A stretch of DNA of 64,000 nt from a virus. Its lineage: Duplodnaviria; Caudoviricetes. The notes under the pieces were generated by a model. That model saw only the letters and a program-made list of their open reading frames with translations. It was not told the origin of the DNA and searched no databases. Positions 30,016 to 39,218 of this stretch are shown here, piece by piece. The stretch spans positions 1-64,000 of the IMG/VR virus record IMGVR_UViG_3300048629_000034; one strand, 5' to 3'. The position numbers and the translations under genes were made by a program. Numbering within the stretch: the stretch's first letter is position 1; the number at the start of each line of letters is the position of its first letter.

Positions 30016-32285
30016 TATTTTTGTCCTTGTGTTTGATTTAATCTGTTTATTTCTTGTTGCTGTTTTAATTTAGCTTCCTCTGCGGTAAGCTTAGCTATAG
30101 CGCCAGTCTCTGTTTGTCTTTGCGTAGCATTTTGAGCCATTCTAGCATGTGCAAGTTTACTTTGTTCTGACACTTTCATATCTTCTAATTTCTCTTGTCT
30201 TGCTCTACCAGATTGCTCCTTAACGAATTCCATGTCTAGTTTGTCTTTCATTGACTTACTAACTTCAGCTGATGCTAAAGCTTGCTCAGCCTTAGCCATT
30301 TTGCCTACATGGTCACTTTCGTTTTCCTGTGCTCTACTGTATCTCTCAGCTATTCTACTATCAGCCTCTTCTATATCTTTTTGTAAGTTAGCTATTTCTA
30401 GTTGTAGTTTTTGGTTCTCTAGTTGAGCATTAGCAACTTGCTGTTTCTTTAGTTCTTCCATTACTGGATCTGGCTGTTCTTGTTGTGGTTCGAAAGCTTC
30501 AACTTGATCAGCTAAATCTGGTTGATCCATTAATCTCATAATTCTAGCATTAATCATCTTAGCTAAGTTTGGATCCATACTAGCAGCATTAGTTTGCATA
30601 AGCATTACTAAATCACTGATAGTTTTCTCATCAGCTTCTTTTGTTTTGATATCAACTGTTATATCGAACTCGCCACGCAAGTCTTCTCTTTTAATTCTAG
30701 CAAACTCTTTGTCTGTAATTCTAATAACCTCTTCGTCTCTAGCAAATACTTGTGCATTTACTATATCGAATCTAGCTAATTGTTTTACTAGCGCACTAAT
30801 TCTTCTTAGTATACTCATGTTTCTAGTTGCTGCAGCACTTTGTGTTATCTGTGCTCCAGTAGCAGATCCAGACAAACTTTGCTTAGATATTGAACCAGAC
30901 CTAGAATCAGCATCATTTTGAGCAGACTCAATCATTTGGAATACGCTTGGACTCACTGGCTCTACATTTTCTTTATATATAGCGTGTTTTGGATCAACAT
31001 TTGGATTACATTTTACATCTAATCCCGCTCTGTGATCTTCCCAGTCTTGTACTGTGTCGAATAATCTACCATTAACTATCTTCTGACCTGCAGCCTGTGT
31101 ACCTGTTATATCTAATGCAGCTCTAGTCATTTTTCCTGTAATCTCTTGATTGTCCTCAAGGAACTCTATGTCTGTCTTTCCATATATCTCTTGAAATTCT
31201 GGTATGTACTGACATATTGCAAATGGTATTTTTTTATGTGGAAATGGATTCTTTTCTAATCGAACCATAGTATCACCTATCATTGTAGCAACTATTGGTT
31301 CTAATTTTCCATTACCTTGAATATCGAAGTATCCCCAGTATTCGTAAACTTTTACTTTCTTTCTTGCTTTATCTGCAAATACAAATGAGTTACCATTAAC
31401 TACATTGTCTTTTTCGCCGTAAACATTCTCGGTATTGTCGGAATGAAAATCAATTTTGTCTATATTTCTATAGTGACCAGTAGTAGTTCCATCAGGAAGT
31501 GTCTTCTGTTTGTTCTTCATTAGTACACTATAGTCAAGTTCATATATATCAACTACGAATCTTGCTTTTCTGATATCGCCTTCACATGTTGGATCTATTA
31601 TTACATTTTGTACTGGTCTAACCTCGTGAGTAGGATGATTGGCAACTAGCCTCATCTCCTTAACTTCAACTATTTTAGTACCTATTACTTTAGGTTGTGG
31701 GTTTTGCATCTCCATAGAAGCTTGTTCTGGTGTCATTTGGCCTGATTGAACCATAGCAGACAATTCAGCCATAACTTGTTCTGGCTCAGCATAGATCGGT
31801 TGCTCTACCTGTTTTGTGAACTCCTCTTCTTCGCTATACCATCCACTCTTTACTACTGCAACTGATGTATCATATGCAGATATAGCAATATCAGACATTA
31901 GCTTTTCTTTATTTACGTAAGTTGACCAATAGTAATTAAGTAATATTTGATTGTTTTCAGCCATCTTTACGTCATCACCAGTTCTTGGTTTTAATGTAAA
32001 CATTCTTCTTGATGATAGGAATGGATCTTGTAGAGCAGGAATCTTATCCTCTCTCTGTTTCATAATTAGTCTTGATTTATATTTTGATTTATTTGGAAGT
32101 GTATCAGGAGTTTTTCCGCCATTAATTAATGTTTGTAGTTTTTCAACTTTAGCAACCATCTCTGAATGCTTAGATGATGCTTTGTCCATATCGCCTTTCA
32201 GCTGAGCAACTGTCGGCTCATTTTTCCAACATGGCTGAAGTTTATTTCCGTTATCTTCGTCAAATGTTACTTGCTCTGGACTCAT
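30015..32285 (-). CDS. Portal protein (N4 gp59-like)
   Basis: WKNEPTVAQLKGD, NVIIDPTCEGD, VYEYWG, RLEKNPFP. Confidence 0.92.
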   Translation of the reverse strand: MSPEQVTFDEDNGNKLQPCWKNEPTVAQLKGDMDKASSKHSEMVAKVEKLQTLINGGKTPDTLPNKSKYKSRLIMKQREDKIPALQDPFLSSRRMFTLKPRTGDDVKMAENNQILLNYYWSTYVNKEKLMSDIAISAYDTSVAVVKSGWYSEEEEFTKQVEQPIYAEPEQVMAELSAMVQSGQMTPEQASMEMQNPQPKVIGTKIVEVKEMRLVANHPTHEVRPVQNVIIDPTCEGDIRKARFVVDIYELDYSVLMKNKQKTLPDGTTTGHYRNIDKIDFHSDNTENVYGEKDNVVNGNSFVFADKARKKVKVYEYWGYFDIQGNGKLEPIVATMIGDTMVRLEKNPFPHKKIPFAICQYIPEFQEIYGKTDIEFLEDNQEITGKMTRAALDITGTQAAGQKIVNGRLFDTVQDWEDHRAGLDVKCNPNVDPKHAIYKENVEPVSPSVFQMIESAQNDADSRSGSISKQSLSGSATGAQITQSAAATRNMSILRRISALVKQLARFDIVNAQVFARDEEVIRITDKEFARIKREDLRGEFDITVDIKTKEADEKTISDLVMLMQTNAASMDPNLAKMINARIMRLMDQPDLADQVEAFEPQQEQPDPVMEELKKQQVANAQLENQKLQLEIANLQKDIEEADSRIAERYSRAQENESDHVGKMAKAEQALASAEVSKSMKDKLDMEFVKEQSGRARQEKLEDMKVSEQSKLAHARMAQNATQRQTETGAIAKLTAEEAKLKQQQEINRLNQTQGQK

Positions 32286-32626
32286 GAATCTCCTATATTC
32301 TCTTTTGTGTGATAGATTTGCTATCTCTTATTGCATAATACTACTACAATAATTCTTAACTATGACTTATATTCTCATATACATATTTGAGCCCACACTA
32401 GGTATGGACTCTCATATACACATTAAGGAGAAAAATGTTATACGATCTTACCATATATTAAGCTGTATCACTTTTGTCCTAAAGCTCTACTTGATCTCAT
32501 ATTGAACCAATGAGTAGCTTTAGGATCTACATATTATACAAAAGGAGAAAATGAAAAAAATGTTGAGAGCACACACTCTCGTTCGGCATATGGTCGCACC
32601 GTACATCTTTACACACATTCTTTATG

Positions 32627-32935
32627 CTACATTTTTTTAGCACAATCCTTGTATGTTTTCCCACTCATTGCTCTACTCATAGTAGAAGTACCAACTCCCA
32701 TTTTACTAGCTAAGTCAGATACACTAACACCCATTTTGAATTGATCTCTGCACCATATGATTATCTTGCAGTCCAATTTCTTTTTATTTGTAGTTTTTCT
32801 TTTTACAGCTTTGTCTGCATATGTAGCTGTTGGCTTAACAAATTTTGAATCTACCTCAGCATTGAATGGACCACGAATTGATTGTGATATTCTAGCTATA
32901 ATGTATTCGTACATGCTTTTTATTGTATCGAACAT
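32627..32935 (-). CDS. Small HTH DNA-binding protein
   Basis: GVSVSDLASKMGVGTSTMSRAMSG. Confidence 0.6.
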   Translation of the reverse strand: MFDTIKSMYEYIIARISQSIRGPFNAEVDSKFVKPTATYADKAVKRKTTNKKKLDCKIIIWCRDQFKMGVSVSDLASKMGVGTSTMSRAMSGKTYKDCAKKM

Positions 32936-32962
32936 ATTTTCTCCTTTTTTATTTATTGTATT

Positions 32963-33601
32963 CTATCTAACTTTTAATAAGTTTTCAAGTCTATTATTCC
33001 ATCCATTCAAATAACTTATGTATTTATCCGGATTGCTCGCTACTAATTTAGCTAATTCTAACTGCATATGACTAATGAAGTATGCCTCGAACAGGTATCC
33101 ATATGTATTATTTATATCAACTGCACCAGCTACATTAGCTAATCCAAGTTCAGTTTTAGAACCATACGCACCATCTACTACTAGTTTTGAACCAATAGTA
33201 AACTCATTGTCTATGAATTTATTTACAGTAGATTGTATTGATTTGATTGTATTCTTTGGACTTAGTGTATATGCAGACATAACTGCAACCACTGATTCTA
33301 CTGGATACATATCGATATGTATATTATAGTAGTACTCGTCATAGAACTCACTAACCAATTCTTTAACTATTTCCACATCTATATTGTTATTTATATCGTC
33401 TATTGTTAGTTGGTTCCATTCGTTTGAGTTTAAGTGGTATCCTAATTCATTTGCAATCTGATCTATGTATTCGAATATCTTGGCTGAACTATGTTGTGTT
33501 CTATATATCCCATATGGAGCTGTGATATCACTCTCAGTTGGTAATCTGTGAACTTTAGTTCCTTCTGCTTTGGCTAAGTGTTCTAGTATTTGTTCTGTCA
33601 T
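32963..33601 (-). CDS. Endolysin, GH108-like muramidase with peptidoglycan-binding C-terminus
   Basis: N-terminal EG...T..YGI, VDGAYGSKT, YLNGWNNRL. Confidence 0.75.
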   Translation of the reverse strand: MTEQILEHLAKAEGTKVHRLPTESDITAPYGIYRTQHSSAKIFEYIDQIANELGYHLNSNEWNQLTIDDINNNIDVEIVKELVSEFYDEYYYNIHIDMYPVESVVAVMSAYTLSPKNTIKSIQSTVNKFIDNEFTIGSKLVVDGAYGSKTELGLANVAGAVDINNTYGYLFEAYFISHMQLELAKLVASNPDKYISYLNGWNNRLENLLKVR

Positions 33602-33617
33602 AGTATTGGTTCTCCTA

Positions 33618-34121
33618 TTATTGTAATATAAACATCTTCACAGCTACAGCTATCATACTTCCGGCAACAGCTCTCCATAGCCATGTAATGTTAGCATTCA
33701 TCTCATCTACTTTATCTGTTAAATGCTTTAGGTCATTTTTACTCACTTGGTCCTCACTGATCGCTAACTTTAATGCACTACATCCCTCTGATGTATTGTC
33801 TTGAGTATATTCAGTAAGCTTAAGTATTTTTCCATGATTATAATCAATTTTATCTTCTAGTGTTTTCATGTCCTTCTTGGCTGATTCACTATGGATCTTG
33901 CATGATGAGCCTTTTTTTATTTCATCGAATCTATAATTTGTCATTTGCATGAAATTTGTAAAATTGCTCAGCGAATCGATAATCTCCTCTAGCTTTCTAT
34001 TGTGACGCTCCTGCTCTTTTGCATTGCTTTCTATTACAACTTCAAGCTTGTTCATCACAACTACAAGCTGTCCAGTAGTATCTTCAAGCTTATCTATTCT
34101 ATTTTCTAATTGTTGGCTCAT
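33618..34121 (-). CDS. Coiled-coil protein with C-terminal TM helix (XhlA-like lysis accessory)
   Basis: NITWLWRAVAGSMIAVAV; within the lysis cluster. Confidence 0.5.
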   Translation of the reverse strand: MSQQLENRIDKLEDTTGQLVVVMNKLEVVIESNAKEQERHNRKLEEIIDSLSNFTNFMQMTNYRFDEIKKGSSCKIHSESAKKDMKTLEDKIDYNHGKILKLTEYTQDNTSEGCSALKLAISEDQVSKNDLKHLTDKVDEMNANITWLWRAVAGSMIAVAVKMFILQ

Positions 34122-34185
34122 TAATTTATTCCATCTGTGTATATTGATTTTCTTTTATTTTATCGAACCAATACTTATGTCAGAC

Positions 34186-34560
34186 TTATTTCTTTGACTT
34201 CATTTGTTTTATAATTCCTTCAGTAGCTCCAGAACCAAAGTAGAACACAATTATACTTATGAATGCTAACCCTATATTGAAGTGGTCGGCTACTGCATAC
34301 ACATCTGATACATTACCACCATTGTACATTACACCTAGTGATACTAGAACCAATACTATTACTAATCCAGTAATTCCAAATGCTAGTACTCTCTGAGCTA
34401 ATTTAAATGGTTCATAAGCCTTTAGTATCTCAATCTTCATCTTTGATTTACTTAGCTCCATATTTGCTTTCTCTTCATCTGTATATACCATTGCATCTAT
34501 AGCCGATATACCTGCATCTATAACTTTATCGCTTCCGAATATTTTACCTAGTATTCCCAT
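34186..34560 (-). CDS. Holin (3TM GTA-holin-like)
   Basis: MGILGKIFG...TDEEKA...PFKLAQRVLA plus hydrophobic helices. AAAGG SD before the ATG at 34560. Confidence 0.65.
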   Translation of the reverse strand: MGILGKIFGSDKVIDAGISAIDAMVYTDEEKANMELSKSKMKIEILKAYEPFKLAQRVLAFGITGLVIVLVLVSLGVMYNGGNVSDVYAVADHFNIGLAFISIIVFYFGSGATEGIIKQMKSKK

Positions 34561-34561
34561 C

Positions 34562-34840
34562 TTATTTACCTTTCTTGATTGGACTTCTATGTACATTAAC
34601 AGTGCGTCTGGCTCTCTTAGTATCTATAGTTGATTGCTTCTTTAACTCAGCTAACAGCTTATCATCGTATGTATTAGTTGACTTCTTAGTTAAGTACTCA
34701 GCTCCATTAACTATAATCTCATGGATATCTTCATCATTCATAAACTCAACTATCTTAGCAATCTTCTTACTTTTGTTAGCTGATCTTTGTATGAACCAAG
34801 CTAATCCTTTAGCTATTAGTTTATATAGTAATTCTTTCAT
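34562..34840 (-). CDS. Hypothetical protein in the lysis cluster
   Basis: ORF with plausible start and amphipathic N-terminus. Confidence 0.45.
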   Translation of the reverse strand: MKELLYKLIAKGLAWFIQRSANKSKKIAKIVEFMNDEDIHEIIVNGAEYLTKKSTNTYDDKLLAELKKQSTIDTKRARRTVNVHRSPIKKGK

Positions 34841-34915
34841 TCGTCACCCCATTCTTTCATGTTTAGTCCTTTTTTATTAAACTTAACAAAGCCCTCCTAA
34901 GAGGACTCTATAAAT

Positions 34916-35224
34916 TTATTTAGTAGCTAGCTCTTTAGCCATTGCTCTAAATGTTTGATATTCAGAATACTCTTCTGGTTTACTATCCCTATCGTTAGTT
35001 AATGCAATCTCTGCTCCAGCAGTATATTGTGTAGCAATTATAGCTTCAACTATATCACCGTAGCTAGCAGATTTATCTACTTTTACTTCATCACATTCGT
35101 ATGTAGTAATTTCGTTGTTAGTCATTTCGTCTATTTTTGATACTGATTTCATATTGAATCTGTAAACTTTTTTACCTTGTACTTCTTCTGTTTCGTTTGG
35201 CATAACATCGTATTGTGCTTTCAT
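34916..35224 (-). CDS. Small protein directly downstream of the DGR RT (candidate DGR accessory or fibre chaperone)
   Basis: Starts 3 nt after the RT stop; followed by a hairpin at about 34890-34910. Confidence 0.55.
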   Translation of the reverse strand: MKAQYDVMPNETEEVQGKKVYRFNMKSVSKIDEMTNNEITTYECDEVKVDKSASYGDIVEAIIATQYTAGAEIALTNDRDSKPEEYSEYQTFRAMAKELATK

Positions 35225-35227
35225 ATT

Positions 35228-36268
35228 TTAATTCCTTATTAATATTTTATTGTTGATTCTTCGATTGGCGAAAATCATTCTTAGTTTGTAGGTAGATATC
35301 GTATTCCATAAATTAAATGAATCTGTAATTATTGACCACCCATTATAGGCTGCAACCTTACCCTTTAGCTGTCTATCTCCAAAATTTTCATGATTATTCG
35401 TAATGTCTCTGAACGTCTTTACCATATTTTTCTTGATTTTGTTTCTTATCATAGTATATTGATGAAAGAATCTGAACCCAAGAAAGTCTACTCCTCGCTT
35501 ATTTACTTGGTATACCTGGTAATTGCCTTTTATTGATAACTTTAATTCTTTATCCAAATACTCCTTTATTGTATTAAATACATCATGAAGATATTCTTTG
35601 TCGTCATGCAATATAACTATATCGTCACAATATCTAAAATAATGCTTTACACCAAGTTTTTCTTTGACCCAATGATCAAAATAAGTTAAGTATAGATTAC
35701 CGAAGTATTGGCTCATATAGTTTCCAATCGGAACACCTTTAGTACTATCTATTATTTCATCAAGCAATGTTAATGTGTCTTTGCATTTAATCTTTTTACG
35801 TATTATTTGTTTTAGTATATCATTGTTTATGCTAGGATAGAATTTTTGCACATCTAGTTGTAAGCAATATACGGGTTTATCTTTTCTGATTATTCGTTCT
35901 ATCTTCTTTTTAGCCTTATGAACACCTCTTCCTCTTATTGATTGGTAGGTGTCAGATATTAGTGTTTTAAACCAGATTGGTTCAAGCACTTGCATTATGG
36001 CATGATGTATAACTCTGTCAGGAAAATATGGTAGTTTATATATTTCTCTTTCTTTACCTTTGTCGTTCTTTATGAATATCTCATATTGACTATTAACAAA
36101 GGTCTTACTTTTAAGCATTTGGTGTATTTTTTCTATGTAGAAGTTTTCGTTTCGGTTGAATCGCATAACTTCTTTATAGTGCTTTTTACCAAGCTGAGCT
36201 CTTTTATGAGCTAATCGTATATTATCTATATTGTATATTTTTTCGTATAAATTATTGTATCTTTTCAT
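35228..36268 (-). CDS. DGR reverse transcriptase
   Basis: KEREIYKLPYFPDRVIHHA, LDVQKFYPSI, GVPIGNYMSQ, YFRYCDD, GVDFLGF. Likely start MKRYNNL at 36268 with GGGGTGA SD. Confidence 0.95.
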   Translation of the reverse strand: MKRYNNLYEKIYNIDNIRLAHKRAQLGKKHYKEVMRFNRNENFYIEKIHQMLKSKTFVNSQYEIFIKNDKGKEREIYKLPYFPDRVIHHAIMQVLEPIWFKTLISDTYQSIRGRGVHKAKKKIERIIRKDKPVYCLQLDVQKFYPSINNDILKQIIRKKIKCKDTLTLLDEIIDSTKGVPIGNYMSQYFGNLYLTYFDHWVKEKLGVKHYFRYCDDIVILHDDKEYLHDVFNTIKEYLDKELKLSIKGNYQVYQVNKRGVDFLGFRFFHQYTMIRNKIKKNMVKTFRDITNNHENFGDRQLKGKVAAYNGWSIITDSFNLWNTISTYKLRMIFANRRINNKILIRN

Positions 36269-36387
36269 TGTCTTATCACCCCTGAATCTTCCCGTTAGGT
36301 ACCAATACATAATAGAGCATAGCAGTGTGTTTTACCAAGAGGTAAGGGAGCAAATCGTTAAGTATTTGTTGTTTTAATTGATAAGTT

Positions 36388-36488
36388 CGGGTACCCACAT
36401 TATCATTCGAATTAGAAGTGGTCCAATTGGTATTCAGATAGAACGTGCCAGTATTCAGCCCATTATTCGCATTCCCGCTAGATAACAT
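36388..36488 (-). ncRNA. DGR template repeat (TR)
   Basis: 101-nt ungapped alignment to 36611-36711; 19 of 20 mismatches fall at TR adenines; rich in AAT codons. Confidence 0.95.
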
Positions 36489-36525
36489 GTTAAACTTACT
36501 CCCTGTATATATGTAGGCAGTTTTG

Positions 36526-36571
36526 AGTGGGATACCCAGCCCACTTTATTTATACTATGTGATATAGTATA
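36526..36571. promoter_or_regulatory. Two hairpins between VR and TR (candidate DGR target-recognition cruciform)
   Basis: AGTGGG/CCCACT (36526-36545) and TATACTAT/ATAGTATA (36551-36571), about 20 nt past the target stop. Confidence 0.5.
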
Positions 36572-36588
36572 TACGATTAAACCTTACA

Positions 36589-37935
36589 TTAAGCTTTCTT
36601 AAATTGAGACCGGGCACCCACATCAACATCCGAATCAGAAGCGCGCCAACCGGCATGCAGATAGAACGCGCCAGCACTCAGCCCATGATGCGCAGCCCCG
36701 CCAGATAACATAATTCTATTTCCACTATTTTGCCAGTAATAATCACCAATCTTAGTTGAGCTTCCTGCACCTATAGTATCTGGGAAGAATCCTTTTGAGC
36801 TATTTGCTAGTGTATTTTGATAGCCACTGCTAGCACTCATTGTAATTCCAGCTGATACATAATCACCACTGAATACATCATCAGCAAATCCAGCAGAATT
36901 ATTTGATATATACGGCACATAGTCTTGGATATTGATACCATCTACGAATGTCCATACATTACCGTAGAAGTCTTCTATACCTCTGTATGACATAAATGCA
37001 GCATCTGCAGCAGCGTCATCTGCATCACCAGCATAGTTAATTGCACCAGTACCATTACCTATCGAATTACTTCTACCAGCAATCCCATGATAGCTACCAG
37101 GAGCCCATGAACCGCCACTTAGTTGAGTTCTACCCATACCAATAACTTCTTGTGAATTGAAGTCAGCAAATTCTACCAGCATTAGTAATTGAACAGCACT
37201 TAGTGTATTGAAATCTTGATGACCCCATCCAGAACCATTACTCTTGGCAGTTGTTCTAGCACCGTCTCTAGTTTGCGATACTTTTGGGTACGAACCACTA
37301 ACTGATCTACCATTTGCATCCATTGCATATGCAGCAATGTATATTTTATAGATTTCACTTCCGTTATCTACAAATGCAGGATGAACTGTAGCTCCATCAA
37401 ACGGAAGCAAATTAATCATATGTGAATGCGTTCCATTTTTATATGAGTATTTGTAGTAGAACTTTGGTATCTCTACCATTACATCACCATCAGTACCATC
37501 TAATACAGCAGCACTACCATCTTCTTTGTAATTACTATTTGTTTCTGATAAGTAGTAATTAACTGTACCATTATCAAGTAGTGTACATCTTTTCATCTGT
37601 CTTTGGATATATGTAAAATCAGTTCCACCGATTCTATTGTATATATCACCATTTTGATCCCATGTAACACCATATGGTTGTATCGGGTCTAGTACACTGA
37701 TATCGCCTGAACCAACAATAGAATTACCATTAATAGTTTTTAACTCACTCTCTTTAACAATAGTAGCATCAGCTGGTTCATATCTAGCATCACTTGTAGC
37801 TTTATCATATACGTCTGCAGCATTAGCCTTATCATTACCTAGTGTAGTAATATCAGCTTCAGCACCTTCTATTCTAAGTCTATGAGCTTTAAATTCTGCC
37901 CCGACTTTTGTTCCTATCGATGTCATTATTGACAT
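36589..37935 (-). CDS. DGR target: tail adhesin with C-terminal C-type-lectin-fold domain (Mtd-like)
   Basis: GDVMVEIPKFYY and YRGIEDFYGNVWTFVDG; VR at the extreme C-terminus. Confidence 0.88.
   Translation of the reverse strand: MSIMTSIGTKVGAEFKAHRLRIEGAEADITTLGNDKANAADVYDKATSDARYEPADATIVKESELKTINGNSIVGSGDISVLDPIQPYGVTWDQNGDIYNRIGGTDFTYIQRQMKRCTLLDNGTVNYYLSETNSNYKEDGSAAVLDGTDGDVMVEIPKFYYKYSYKNGTHSHMINLLPFDGATVHPAFVDNGSEIYKIYIAAYAMDANGRSVSGSYPKVSQTRDGARTTAKSNGSGWGHQDFNTLSAVQLLMLVEFADFNSQEVIGMGRTQLSGGSWAPGSYHGIAGRSNSIGNGTGAINYAGDADDAAADAAFMSYRGIEDFYGNVWTFVDGINIQDYVPYISNNSAGFADDVFSGDYVSAGITMSASSGYQNTLANSSKGFFPDTIGAGSSTKIGDYYWQNSGNRIMLSGGAAHHGLSAGAFYLHAGWRASDSDVDVGARSQFKKA
36611..36711 (-). repeat. 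DGR variable repeat (VR)
   Basis: GC-rich copy of the TR encoding MLSGGAAHHGLSAGAFYLHAGWRASDSDVDVGAR. Confidence 0.95.
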
Positions 37936-38144
37936 ATAGTATCCTTTATTTCTTTTATTTGCGTAAACACGATTACGCTTATTTATCCACTATCATATGA
38001 TAGCACCTCTATGTATTTTACATTATGTATTATACATAGTCCTCGTGTTAGTTTATAGCCTCATTTCGGAGGCTACACGTATACTCTAGTGTATGGCCAT
38101 ATTTTACTATAGCCATACTAAGAATACACTTATATTTATATATT

Positions 38145-39113
38145 CTATTTAGCTGAACTAAATGCTGTATCGAAATCAGCAAGTGAACCAATAGCAGCTA
38201 TACTATCATTTAGTACTTTACCTTGAGCAGCACTAAGTGATATAGATGTATCTGTGCTATCTAGTCCGTTATACACATCTCTTTGAGCTATAGTTGTATC
38301 TATAGCATTTCCATTGTATGTTGGTTCTCCGTTAGCATCTTCTCCGAATTTATCCAATATAGTAGAATTACTATGAGAATGAAGATCAGTAGTTTTTGCA
38401 ACATCACTTGGTAGCGTATACACAGTATCTGTAAATACAGCATTAGCAGGTACTGGAGTTAGGACTTTATTGTCTACATAAACTTGTGTAGTAAAATCAC
38501 TATCGTTAGTAATATCAGAAGTTTTGGTAACCTTAGTATATCCCATAGCTCCAATTTCACTATCTGATAATTTAGTATCATCAAGGAATGAGCTTAAATC
38601 AACACTATTACCGTTAGAAATAGATATAGCAGTACCACTTAATGATAATAATTGACTATCAGTTTCAGATGTCAAGTAACCTGCATCATTAGTTAGTTCG
38701 CTTACTTTTGTAGGAACTGAGCTAATATCAGCTTTATTTGATAATGTATTATTTATTGTTGAAACATCAGAAGCTAATCCAGCTTCAACGCCTTTAGCTC
38801 TAGTAACCTCATAAGTTAAGTCAGTAACAGTATCTTGTGCTGTTGTATCCGAAGCTAATGCAGCTATATCAGCTACAATAGTACTGTCATCGTACACAGT
38901 ATCTGTAAATACAGCATTAGCAGGTACTGGAGTTAGGACTTCCGAAGCTAGTGCCTTAGTATCCAATTCATCAGCGACAGCTACGAAGTTTTGTTGTATT
39001 GGTTCATTCCAATTGATACTATCTCTACCTATAAGGTCTAGGCCTTTATATTGGACAGTAGCATTACTAGGAAGTGCTAACGAACCAGTATCTGTAACCA
39101 AATTATATGTCAT
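38145..39113 (-). CDS. Tail fibre-like protein with internal repeats
   Basis: VPTKVSELTNDAGY, two copies of VLTPVPANAVFTDTVY, SLSAAQGKVLND. Confidence 0.7.
   Translation of the reverse strand: MTYNLVTDTGSLALPSNATVQYKGLDLIGRDSINWNEPIQQNFVAVADELDTKALASEVLTPVPANAVFTDTVYDDSTIVADIAALASDTTAQDTVTDLTYEVTRAKGVEAGLASDVSTINNTLSNKADISSVPTKVSELTNDAGYLTSETDSQLLSLSGTAISISNGNSVDLSSFLDDTKLSDSEIGAMGYTKVTKTSDITNDSDFTTQVYVDNKVLTPVPANAVFTDTVYTLPSDVAKTTDLHSHSNSTILDKFGEDANGEPTYNGNAIDTTIAQRDVYNGLDSTDTSISLSAAQGKVLNDSIAAIGSLADFDTAFSSAK
38419..38941. repeat. 49-bp perfect direct repeat (38419-38467 and 38893-38941)
   Basis: TACACAGTATCTGTAAATACAGCATTAGCAGGTACTGGAGTTAGGACTT occurs twice. Confidence 0.9.
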
Positions 39114-39218
39114 ATATAATTCCTTTCATTTTTATTTTTGTTAGTGCAGGTAGTGCAGCACTGAAAGTATAACTTTATATTATACTTAAAGTGCCATAAA
39201 CCCCCTTAGTAGAGGGGT

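Larger units (their letters stand above)
34916..37935 (-). mobile_element. Diversity-generating retroelement (target-VR, TR, RT, downstream gene)
   Basis: TR/VR pair with adenine-specific mismatches adjacent to an RT gene. Confidence 0.95.

Noticed and set aside
35228-36310. RT as a group II intron, retron or Abi enzyme
   Set aside because: The adjacent TR/VR pair with adenine-specific changes and the GVPIGNYMSQ motif identify a DGR RT; no maturase or endonuclease extension.
36276-36488. 70-aa ORF similar to the adhesin C-terminus
   Set aside because: It is the DGR template repeat plus spacer; the open frame follows from TR/VR homology.
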